Assembly: GCA_964234715.1 (NCBI GenBank)
Contig: OZ174277.1
DNA: 64,000 nt
Origin: Podarcis melisellensis
Lineage: Eukaryota
Reading direction: 5' to 3' (one strand)
Positions 23,150 to 34,126 of the stretch are shown in pieces (the stretch's first letter is position 1; the number at the start of each line of letters is the position of its first letter). A program made the translations under genes and the position numbers. Below the pieces are notes generated by a model. That model searched no databases. It had not been told where the DNA came from and worked only from the letters and a program-made list of their open reading frames with translations.

Positions 23150-23390
23150 CAAAACTGGCATAGTGGTGGTTAGAATGTCAGCTGAGGACTAACAAGAACT
23201 AGGTTCAAATCCATACTAAGCCCTGAAATACTGTAACACATAAGCACCCTTTGACAGTGCACCACCATCCTTCAACCTAAACTACCTTGCAGGATTGTTG
23301 TGAGGATAAAAGGAGAGGGGCAAGAGAACCATGTACATCTTCCTGCGCTCTTTAGAGGAAGAGTGATATGAGAAGTGTAATAAATAATCA
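23150..23390 (+). mobile_element. Old tRNA-derived SINE (Squam3-like)
   Basis: TAGTGGTGGTTAGA A box, GGTTCAAATCC B box, GGATTGTTGTGAGGATAAAA core and AATAAATAA tail. Confidence 0.7.
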
Positions 23391-23849
23391 TGCAGTGTGT
23401 GGCTACCAGCAGATCAGCTTTAGAATTTCATATCTGGTTATGCACCGATTCTGCTCACCGACAGCAAGCACAATTCACTGTAAAGCTCCGCCTGGAAATT
23501 ACAGACAATTTCTACACAGGAGAGAATTTGTAAGAAGGTGGCTTGGGAGATTTCCTGCCCGTTAACACACAAGAGACACAGATACACAACCCCGTATCTC
23601 TTCCCCTGGTTGTCAAAGACGCCGCATTAAAATTATGTGCAGATCGCGCACAATCTCTCCCTAGAGGGCCCCCTATTTGCATTGCGAGACAGGGGTGTCC
23701 ATTCTGCGAGGCTATCCAGGCTGGACTGTGCCTGTTCTCTGCGTTGCAGCCGCTATAGGCGCTTCAGAGCCTGCCCTGCCAGTGGCTCCTGTGTCACCTT
23801 AACACCCCTCTCCCCCCACAATTGGCAAAACCCTCCCGTTATATCTCCG

Positions 23850-24910
23850 ACTCCGCTCTTCACTGACATCACACACAAAGCAGGAGCCATCCTACAGCGC
23901 TGGGCGGCTCCCCGCGCAATCCTCACTCCCCGTTGCCTGAGCCAAAAAGAAAAGACCAAACGCAGGGGGGGCTGCGCGTGTGTCGAAGCCGAGAGCAGCC
24001 GGCCGACGTCGCCGTGGCCTCGCGACAACCCCTTCGGCGACTCCAGCCCGGGCCGATCCAAGCCCGCATGCAACGCGCCGCTCCTGCCCTCCCCACGATT
24101 TCACGGGGCGAGGAGATACAAAATAAAACAAGAAGTAAGCAGATCGCCGCGGCTGCAGCCCCAGAGCCAGCTCGTGCTGCAAACAGCGGCTCGCAGGAGC
24201 AGCAACTTACTGGTTTCTGCCAGGCGCGAGTGTCTCTCTCTCTCCCCGGCTCCCTCGCGCGCAGCTGCTCGGCTCGTGCTGCTGTCCCTGCACGCGCCGC
24301 CTCGGAAGAGCTGCCCTTGGCTGACGGCTGAAGCAGCAGCAGCAGCAGCGCGCAGGGTGGAGGGAGGGGAGCAGCGGCGGCAGCTGGTTGGGGCGCGGAG
24401 GCGCCTCTCATCCGACTCAAGAGGCGGCCGCGGCACCTGTGACCGCCTGTCACCCATAGCACCCGCCCCTCCGTGCTGCCTCCTCCTTCTCCTCACGTCG
24501 CCCCCTGACGGGAAAATGCTGCACGACGCCAGCCAGGCGAGGACTAAAGGGAGGCAGCCAGCAGCAGCAAGCGGGCGACGGTGAGTGGCTCTTCCAGCCC
24601 CGTCAGCAGCAGCTTTGGCTCCGACAGCCTGAAGGGACCGGGAAGACTTCCCGCTCAGAGGCTTGCCTGAGCAGGTTGGGCCTCTTTTCAGGGCTCCCTC
24701 CATGCACAAAGCAGCCGCCGCTTCTGAGGGGCGACGGGAGGTCCTGCGTGTGTGTCAGGGGCTACCTGGGCAGCGGACAAGGGGCGCAGCGCGCCAATGC
24801 GTCCTTGGGCAAATGGGACGGTGTCATTGGCCACGCAACTGTGGGCTAGCGACGTCATTCGTTCCTGGAGAATGGTAAATCCATGCACTTTGGGGCAATG
24901 CGACAGCGAG
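23850..24910. promoter_or_regulatory. CpG-island promoter, probably bidirectional
   Basis: GC- and CpG-dense non-repeat sequence. CCAAT boxes at about 24794 and 24827 (reverse). CRE-like GACGTCA at about 24852 and TGACG at 24506. Outward-facing splice donors on both strands. Confidence 0.85.
24211..24480 (-). other. Putative first exon of an unidentified minus-strand gene (5' boundary approximate)
   Basis: Consensus donor CCA|GTAAGT (intron starts at 24210) inside the CpG island; contains a (CTG)n tract at about 24330-24349. Coding status is unresolved. Confidence 0.55.
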
Positions 24911-25668
24911 GGCAAAACCTGCCACCTACCTCTAGGAGTGAGTAGTTATGCCCTTGCTAAGAAGGGTATCAGAATCATAGAATTGCAGAGTTGGAAGGAG
25001 ACCCCCGAGGGTCATCTAGTAAAATCCCTTGCAATGCTGGAACCTCAACTAAAGCTTCCATGACAGTTGGTCACCCATCTTGTAGGGCCTACATGTTGCA
25101 CAGGTTAAGTGAAGTCTGTCTTCTGGATTTTCTGCACATCTGATAAGATCTGAATCAGTGGATATCTTAGGTTTCATAACCCCATCCATTCTGCCATTTG
25201 CTATTTGATAGCTTTGAACAACTATAACCAGATGTTGACGAAGTACAATTCCCATCAGCCCCAGCAAGCATGGCCCATGACCATGAATGATAGAGTTCAG
25301 CAACATGTGGGGGAGAAAGGTTCCTCACACCTTGCTCCTAGGCTTATATGCCACACAATAAGCGAAGTGTCTAGAACAATGTAATACAGTACACTCATAA
25401 ACAGCAAAAAATATTTAGCATCTTGACATTAATATACAATGAACAATAGTTGTGCTGTAGCACAGAAAAGCTCTGTACAAACTGAAGCATCCTAAGCAGG
25501 TGTCTGAACAACGTTCCAATGCCACTTGCTTAACAGTAGTCAGCCACAACTTAGACATAGACACAATAAATGCCCTCTGTCTTGTTCACAAGGCAAACGT
25601 ATATGGCACCCTTTTAATAGTGCTACTCTGAGCTGAATGTAAAGATCAAGCAGGTATTATTGCTATTA

Positions 25669-25910
25669 CATTGGTACCTCAGGTTACATATGCTTCAGGT
25701 TACATACGCTTCAGGTTACAGACTCCGCTAACCCAGAAATAGTGCTTCAGGTTAAGAACTTTGCTTCAGGGTGAGAACAGAAATTGTGCTCCGGCGGCAC
25801 GACAGCAGCAGGAGGCCCCATTAGCTAAAGTGGTGCTTCAGGTTAAGAACAGTTTCAGGTTAAGTACGGACCTCCGGAATGAATTAAGTACTTAACCCGA
25901 GATACCACTG
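25669..25910. mobile_element. Tc1/mariner MITE (CAGTGGTACCTC family)
   Basis: TIRs, TA TSD and internal GCTTCAGGTTA repeats. Confidence 0.9.
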
Positions 25911-26928
25911 TATTTACTAATCACTTTTTACCAAAATGTTTCAAAGTGTCTTGCAGTACCACAAAATACATCTAAAATCAGTTAAAAACCAGGTAACAAT
26001 GAGAGCAAAGTACAATAGACAACATTCCTATAAAGTGCTTATCCAGTCATACTATTAAAAGGGCAAATATAAATGGGGCAAGGCAATCCCTTAAGATGTT
26101 GAGGGGTCTACATACCAACAGGTGATATGTAATGAAGTATAGTATGTGAAATTGCTTGATGGGTGACATATAATTGTGCTTACTGCTTCACACAAGAAGC
26201 ATGAGATTTTTTTATTGGTGCCCTCTTAAAATGACCAAGAGATGTGAGGTTAATGTCTGATGTTTTACATTTTTCATGTGCTGTAAGCCGCCCAGAGTGG
26301 CTGGGGAAACGGACATACTGCTTCCTGTTCGGCAGAAGTCTCTTCTTCTGCAGTGATGCAAATTGCAAATTAAAATGGATTAGAGGGAGGGAAAGTTTAG
26401 TAAACCTGCTTGTCCTGACACATTATCCCACGACAATTTAAGGATTCCTTTTAGCTGACTCCTGACAATCAAACAGGAATCACAGTCATACTGGAGACTT
26501 ACGTTTAAGCATCTTGCTACCGCCCTGTTTCTCCATTTGTATTTGTGTGTGTGAAGCACCTTGAGCCTTTGAACCGACAGTATAAAAATAACCAAAAATG
26601 AATAAATAAATAATGGCATGACCCCAGCCATCATTATTTATTTATCAACTTTGCTTTTACTGGGTGCTATTACCAGATGTTACAAAAAAAGAAAGGAAAA
26701 GGCTACTTCTTGAATTACAATTTCCACCCACACAATCTCCAATATAAGTGGGCGGCGAGAAATGCTTATACACTGTGATATTTTAAGTGCGAATGGGGTT
26801 TTGTTTTTTGTCTCTTTGCTGCCTCTATATACAGATCAAGCACTTGAGAAAGCTCCGGCTGTCCATTCAGTGAACTCATGGCAAATCCTCAAAAAGACTT
26901 GTGCTGCCCTTCAGTGTTATTTGCTCTG

Positions 26929-27237
26929 TTAAACCTACAGAGCCTAGGGCTTGCCGATCAGAAGGGCGGTGCTTAGAATCCCTGCGACGCGGTGGGCTCC
27001 CATTGTTCGGTCCCAGCTCTTGCCAACCTAGCAGTTTGATAAACAGATAAATAGGTACTGCTCCAGTGGGAAGGTAAATGGCGTTTCCGTGCGCTGCTCT
27101 GGTTTGCCAGAAGCAGCTTATTCATGCTGGCCACATGACCCGGAAGCTTCCTCGGCCAATAAAGTGAGATGAGCGCTGCAACCCCAGAGTCATCTGCAAC
27201 TAGACCTAATGGTCAGGGGTCCCTTTAACTTTTACCT
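26929..27237 (+). mobile_element. Sauria SINE, 5'-truncated
   Basis: Matches the 7803 and 21589 bodies; ends in GGTCCCTTTAACTTTTACC followed by a (CCTT)n-like tract. Confidence 0.85.
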
Positions 27238-28079
27238 TCCTTCTTTCCTTTCTTCCTTCCTTCTTCAGATTTCATACCCAGAGCCAGTGGCGTAGCATGG
27301 CCAGGGCCACGGGGCGGTTGCCCTGTGCGCAAAATTCTTAGGGGAGCATATTTTCAAAGAAAGAAAGAAGTAATAATAAATAAAAATAGTGTTCCCTCCT
27401 CCTCGCAGAGAAAATCTCCCAATGTTTATGTGGGCGGACTGAGGAGCGGATTTTATGGCCAGTTGCTAGGACACCCTCAGTAGGGCTTTAGAAAGATACC
27501 TGTTCCCGATCAATTCTCTGTCCTGCTCTCTGCCGTGCTCTCCACTCATGGGGGCTGCCACATGAGTAGGTCACCAAGCTGTTGCCCTTTCATTCCAACT
27601 ATTGGTGGGCAGTGCCAAGGATACTTGCCTTGTCTTGGGCGCTGGCCACCCACGCAATGCCACTGCCCAGAGCCAAAATCAGCATCCAGTCTTCTTGGGC
27701 AGCTGGCAGGGCCTATTATTGCCCAGAGTCCTCTTAAAAACGTTTTCTGTGCCTGGAACTCTCAGTGGAGCTGGACAGCTGAGTCAAACCACCATTTTAA
27801 TTTCCCACAGTGCCCCAGAAGGACACTACTGGGGGGGCATTATAGGAAATCAAAATGGTGTTTAGACCCAGGAACCTGGTATTGTTTTGCCATGCTGCCC
27901 ACCTGCTATCATCAGGTAAGGCTTCCAGGGCCCACCAAGAGCCTTCTCAAACCTGCAGCTGGCCCTGATTGTGCCCTTACACAATTTTCATGCAATGGGC
28001 TCAGGAATCTTGCTCAGGAACAGCAGTTTAGAAATGACAATGGTTCTCTCAAGTAGGTCTCTTTAACAAAGGTCTAACT

Positions 28080-28328
28080 CAGGGGTCAGTAACCCTTTTC
28101 AGCCATGGGCCAGTCCACCGTCCTTCAGACCATGTGGTGGGCCGGATTATATTGGGGGGGGGGGAGATGAATGAATTCCTATACCCCACAAATTACCCAG
28201 AGATGCATTTTAAATAAAACAACACATTCTCATGTAAAAACCATGCTTATTCCCAGACCATTCGCAGGCTGGATTGAGAAGGTCATTGGGCCGCATCCGG
28301 CCCACGGGCCTTAGGTTGCCTACCCCTG
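28080..28328. mobile_element. hAT (Charlie-like) MITE
   Basis: CAGGGGT...ACCCCTG termini with a perfect 8-bp TSD GTCTAACT at 28072-28079 and 28329-28336. Confidence 0.9.
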
Positions 28329-29064
28329 GTCTAACTGCTGCTTTCTAGTGTGTTTTTGGCTTGCATTATGGGCAAACGTAGCTCAACAAAAGATATGGCA
28401 GGGAAACAGTACTAATTTTAAAACGCATTCTCTGTGTTTATTGGAGGCACGCTTTATGAAAAGGCATTCACAAGAGTAATGTAGTTATTGCTGAATCAAG
28501 GTTTTGACACATGCAATTCTATAAACATTCTTGTCTCTATGGATATATTTCAGATATATGTCCAAGCATCCCCCTCCCCCCCGCCCCTTCAAATGCCAAA
28601 CAAAGGAAATGGCCTGTCAATTTAAGAGGAGTAACAATGGTTTTAACTGAACGTTAAAGAACAACAAGAACAGTTGTTGGCAATCTAGCTGGTCAGTGGA
28701 TAGGAAATCCATAAATAATGTTAGAAACTTTTACAAGTACCACGGATACTTCTAAACCCAGCATTGTTTCTTTCCTTCCAGTGACATCCTTTCAGAAGTT
28801 TCTGTTGGCAGTCACTTGGATTTAACAGTACACTTTTGACAGTTTTATTAAAGGCTCGTTTTTCAAAATATGTTACTTTTGGCACTGATGATAGCCTAGT
28901 ATCAAATGTAAATGGATTGCAAATATGAAATATGTTACAGACCTTACTTAGACCAACTCATTTTTGATAAATATTTCCACATAATGTATGTATGCCAAGT
29001 GCAAACCTTAAGCACAAGCACCCATGCGCATATACACCTTACAGACATAAAAACAGCTTTTAAA

Positions 29065-29575
29065 TAGGAAGCTGTCTTATTCCAAATTGGTTGATCTAAC
29101 TTAGCATTGTCTACACTGACTGGCAGTGGCTCTCCAGGGTTTCTGGGGAGATATGAGAGCCATCTTCAAATATCTCAACGGCTGTCACATTGAAGATGGA
29201 GCAAGCTTGTTTTCTCTTGCTCTGGAGGGTAGACTCGAACCAATGGCTTCAAGTTACAATAAAGGAGATTCCAACTAAACATATGGAAAAACGTTCTGAC
29301 AGTAAGACCTGTTTGTCAGTGGAATGGTCTCCCTTGGGAAGTTGTGGACTCCCGTTCTTTGGAGGCTTTTAAGCAGAGGTTGGATGGCCATCTGTCATGG
29401 ATGCTTTAGCTGAGATTCCTGCGTTGCAGGGGTTGGACTAGATGACCCTTGGGGTCCCTTCCAACTCTACAATTCTATGAAAGACTCTTTCCCAGCACTA
29501 CTTGGAGATGTTGGGTATTGAACCTGGGACCTTCTGCATTCAAAGCAGATGTTATATCACAGAGCTATGGCCCTT
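29065..29575 (-). mobile_element. tRNA-derived SINE with CR1-like tail (Squam2-like), split by a CR1 insertion
   Basis: B-box reverse complement ATTGAACC at about 29517; homologous to 47075-47240. Confidence 0.65.
29145..29480 (+). mobile_element. CR1 LINE 3' end
   Basis: GDMRAIFKYLNG-like coding remnant; 3' UTR ends GGTCCCTTCCAACTCTACAATTCTATGA. Confidence 0.9.
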
Positions 29576-29679
29576 CCCTAAACATACACATGTACATAAA
29601 ACTTTACCTCCCCTTAATCTTTATTTATATACAGTGTATATAAATATACAGGTATTATTTACAGGTATTATTTCTATTA

Positions 29680-29905
29680 CATTGGTACCTCAGGTTACAT
29701 ACGCTTCATGTTACAGACTCTGCTAACCCAGAAATAGTGCTTCAGGTTAAGAACTTTGCTTCAGGATGAGAACAGAAATCGTGCTCCAGAGGCGCGGCGG
29801 CAGCAGGAGGCCCCATTAGCTGAAGTGGTGCTTCAAGTTAAGAACAGTTTCAGGTTAAGAACAGACTTCCGGAACGAATTAAGTAATTAACCTGAGGTAC
29901 CACTG
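29680..29905. mobile_element. Tc1/mariner MITE (CAGTGGTACCTC family)
   Basis: TIRs and TA TSD. Confidence 0.9.
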
Positions 29906-32721
29906 TATATGTATATCCAACCCCAAAAATACAGGTTATAAAAAACAACAACATAACATGTCCCGTTAATATAAAATACACTGCAAAATAAATTATGGTC
30001 TTCTAAATTCAGTTCAAACATGTAATACATATTAGGTGCCAAAATGCCCAGCCATCTAACAGCTTAACCACAGCCTGTAAAAATCTTTCCTTCTAAAAAG
30101 GAAAGATTAACAACGCCCCCAAAATACATATTGGGCTTTGATCTTCCTGGAGCAGCCACCAAGAATTCCTCTCTACATGATCTAGTTGTTTTCAGCTGCT
30201 GCACAGCTGATAAAACTTTAAGGAAATAGGTTCCTGAATTCATATTGATATGATGTAAGGGAGGAGTCAGTTAGTGAATGTTGAGTCTCAGTCAGTAATG
30301 ATGTTAGAGGTTAAAGGAAAAGAACCTTAAATTATGCCCGGAGGGTAAAAGTATGGTATTACAGATAAAGAGGCATGAATGTTATATTTTTTCAGGTACT
30401 TTCCCTTGTCTAAAGACAGTATGCTGTACTTGGTGCCACCTTGATCTTGCAAATAATCAAAGAACAATTCATCTCTATAATACAAATTCCTTCGTTTCCA
30501 GCTAGGGAAATCAGAAAACTTAAGTTGTATGCAAATAATTTTATTGACACACTGTGCTTTACCAGAAATACCAGCATGCAGATGCATGAGTGCCTCACAC
30601 TTCCAGTTTATGTACTTTAACAGGGGAAATATGCAAGCTTCAGACTATACGCTTGCCAACTTTGCTGTGCAACTTCCAGAGCAGACATTACTGTGGAGAT
30701 ATAATACATGGAAACTTGAGACACACACTTTGAAATGTTTGTGGTTCCAATAAAACCTACTACCATTTATTTTTAAAAAGCCATTTCTGTATATTATAGT
30801 ACTTGAAAAATGCTCCTCATTACATTAAGAATAATGATGGTCTCCAGCTCATCAGTGCTTCTAATTACCACTCTTGCAGCACCATAAGAGAATTGGCGTT
30901 CTTAAAGTTCCGTGAAAATTAAATAGGTTTTGTAGCCAGTTTAAATTTGCATTGTAGAGTGCATGCCCTGTAAAGCATATTGCAGTTGCCCAGCCTTATA
31001 AGGTAACAAAGCAGTGATTACTGGGGCCACATCTGATAAAAGGGGTTGTAGGCATCATTCTCATAAGATGGAGTTGATTGTTTGGTCTTGGCAGATCCTC
31101 AAAAACTCTCTGCTCTAAATTTCTGCCAAAAGGTTGTGCGATCTAGCCAGATCCCACAAAAAGAGAGATGAATCTGAAAACATGCTGTGAGACAGCCCGT
31201 TGCAGGAGATAGGAAATGACTACTGCCTCTAATAAAGAGTTACACATTGCGGTCATAATTTGTCATCAGGCCTAGCAAAGTTCTTCTCTAGTAAAAGGTT
31301 TCATAGCACATTTGAGGTTCACCTCTCTTTTGGTATCTGGTTCTGCCTTCTTTGGGTCATCTGCCCATCATTCAGTCTACTCTACACAGCCCAGACCAAG
31401 CAAGCAAAGAGCAAGAGCAAAGCAGTTTATTGATCAGATAACTTGCACATGACTCAAGACCAAGAGTGATATTGACTCATAATTTTTTTATCTGGCACCT
31501 GGAAATCTAAGGTCTGCTTGTGAAACAAGTCAAACTGGGCACTGTAGGGGGAAGACAAAAATTCACCAGGGTTCCATCCAGATTTGACCTGGTGAAAAAT
31601 TCTTTATCATCCTCAGTTATAGCAACCCTGAGTTTCCTAAAGGAAATTGCATTGGGATATGGCTTAGAAGCTAACTGGGGGGGGGGGGGATGTTACTAAT
31701 TGTTGACCAAGCAGTGTTGAACACTGGCGTACGTAGATTTTACGTAAAAGTTGTTATCATTTATCTGAGTGGGAAGTATGTTCCACTGCTTTTCAAAATG
31801 AGAAAATTCTAATCTGGATTTCATCTACATTCTTTTAATTTTTGAAATTATTTAATGTGAGTCCAAATAAATGTGGTTAGTTCTGATTATGGGAGTGGGG
31901 AACTCTCACAGAGGGATATTAAACTGAATACCTAGAGCACAGCTTGAAAATTTTCTTGGCAGACTATAAACCCAGTTTTAGAATCTCATTATATTGCCAT
32001 TGATCTCCTGAGACTTTAGATTTCAGTGATATTATCTTCCTTTTTGTTTCCACAGAGATGGAAGAAGGAGGAAATTTGTAGCTTGCCCAAAAGGAAACTG
32101 GCTTTTCTTTTCACATTCAGAGCAACTTAAATGAAAAATATGTTACTGTACAAACATTCTGGCACATTAAATTCTTGGACTTTACCCAGCTGCGGTGTTA
32201 TATTGCCCCTTTGCAAATAATAGTGCAAGTTGACATGCTGCTTCCTGAACAGCTTTCCATTGCAGGGCAAATAGGTATGGGATGGTTTGGAGGAGTAGCT
32301 TCAAGTAAACATTGTTCAAAGTAAATGGTTCTGTTGCAGAAGTGATCCTTGGCTCTATACGTGCAGTTCCCTTCTGGAATGTAATCATGATTTCCAGAGA
32401 ATGTGAATGCCCTAAGAATCAACTGCATTCAGAGACCTAGGCTGTTTCTCCTGCTGCTTTTACAATCACTCTGCTTCCAGAATCTCTTCTATGCACAACA
32501 ACTACCAAACTCCAAATTGTTTTGGTCCAAAATGAGGAATTAACTTGTAGTGACATTTATCACTAAGCAATTCCAGCTCAAGATTTTATTTTTTTTCTGC
32601 TTGGAGACTATGTCAATGAAAGAAAAATGTGTGCACTGTCTTCCTGTGAAAGCAACGGTCAGTTGTGTTTTCCTGCAAATATATATACTGGGGAAGCCAA
32701 AGCACACTGGGCTGTTTATGG

Positions 32722-33024
32722 GGGCTCATCCACACTTATCTTTGCTCTGCATTTCTAGGCACAGGTCTGGGCTTTGCAGGCCATTTCCAACAGCTTTTGT
32801 CTTTGCCCTGGCGCTTTTCTGGTGAAAACCCACTCTCTACTGTTGAATCGGAGCAAATGGCAATCCATGGAAACCTGAATTGTCATTTGCTTTGATTCAG
32901 CAGTAGAAGTGGGTTTTCACCAGGAAAGCGATGGGACCCAAAAAATAAAAAAAGCACTTGGACACCGACTGGGAAAGTGTGGACCTGTGCCTAAAAAATG
33001 TGGGACAAAAGTGTGGGATGAGCC
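32722..33024. mobile_element. Palindromic non-autonomous DNA transposon (Harbinger-like)
   Basis: GGCTCATCCACACTT / AAGTGTGGGATGAGCC ends and an internal imperfect hairpin with about 55-bp arms at 32812-32930. Confidence 0.6.
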
Positions 33025-33336
33025 TAAATAGTAGTTTTCTTGGGAAATTGAATAGATTTGTTTTACTTTTACATGCAGATCCAATTACCGTATTTGGAAT
33101 TGGGAATACTGTTTTGCCAGGGTGGATTGGGCGGTCCTCATTTTAGGGTGTGGGTTACCTCTGCTTTCTCTGTAACCTATGATATCTGCATGTGTATTGC
33201 TACATTTTTGTCCTAGAGGCACCTTTAACATCTTGCTTCCTACACTTATGGCACAGTGTAGATTCTGAATGGTGTGGATTAATCAGCAGTGTTGTGGAGT
33301 AGATAGTCTCTCCTTACCCTTCTTGCCAGCAGTATT

Positions 33337-33650
33337 AAGAACATAAGAAGAGCCTGCTGGATCAGGTCCATGACCCATCTAGTCCAGCATCATGGTCTCA
33401 TAGGAGCCAGCCTGTGGCAAGCCTGCAAGCAGGACACAAGCACATGACCAGTCCCCATTCCTGCAGTTTCTAGCAACTGGTATTCAGACATATACTGCCT
33501 CCCACCAGGGAGACAGAGCATAGCCATCAGGCTTGTAGGCACTGGTAGACCTATCCTCCATGAATTTGTCTAATCTTTTAAAGTCAACCAGGTTAGTGGC
33601 TATTACTGTCTCCTGGGAGAGCAAGCGCCATTGTTTAACTATGCGCTGCA
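33337..33650 (-). mobile_element. Older CR1 LINE 3' end
   Basis: AAGAACATAAGAAGAGCCTGCTGGATCAG tail; the translation DFKRLDKFMEDRS matches the CR1 ORF2 end. Confidence 0.8.
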
Positions 33651-33784
33651 TCTGATTATTATTCAATGGAGCCATGGTGTGCTTTGCCTATCATGCTACA
33701 TTCCCAGCTTGATTCTGCCTATAACTAGCATTCCAAGTTGATACTCACTTCCACAAAAATGACTGACCGCCTAAGTCATAAGAC

Positions 33785-34126
33785 CGGGGCTAGATTAACC
33801 GTTAAGCAAAACAAGCACGTGCTTTGGGCTTCAAGGGAAGTGGGGCACCACAGAAACTACAGAAGGTCAGTTTTGAGGATCTGATCAAGTACTTTGCAAT
33901 TAGAAAAAGTAGGAGGAAATGTTTCAGATATTAATATAGTGGAAGTATGCAAAAACAAACATCATTTTCCATTTTACTGTGCCAAGGTTTCGTTTCATTT
34001 CAAAAAATAGAATTTTATTAATGTTTTATTAATAATGTTAATGTTTTATTAGTGTTTAGATATGATATATGGGGGCAACAAAATCTTTTAAGTGCTTAGG
34101 GCCTCTTAAGTCTTAATTCGGCCCTG
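33785..34126 (+). mobile_element. Internally deleted hAT element
   Basis: CGGGGCTAGATTAA...TTAATTCGGCCCTG termini; 8-bp TSD CATAAGAC/CATAAGAT. Retains a transposase C-terminus-like peptide KVSFEDLIKYFAIRKSRRKCF. Confidence 0.8.

Noticed and set aside
24211-24411. ADAM19-like signal peptide exon (LQP...RAREPG resemblance)
   Set aside because: The similarity is short and low-complexity, and no ADAM prodomain exons are visible downstream. No gene symbol was assigned.
23637-24584. 315-aa plus-strand ORF and overlapping long ORFs as a single-exon gene
   Set aside because: Stop-poor GC-rich CpG island with long ORFs in several frames on both strands, low-complexity products and no recognisable domain.
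27535-28056. 173-aa ORF
   Set aside because: Non-ATG start, lies among DNA-transposon-like fragments and has no domain similarity.
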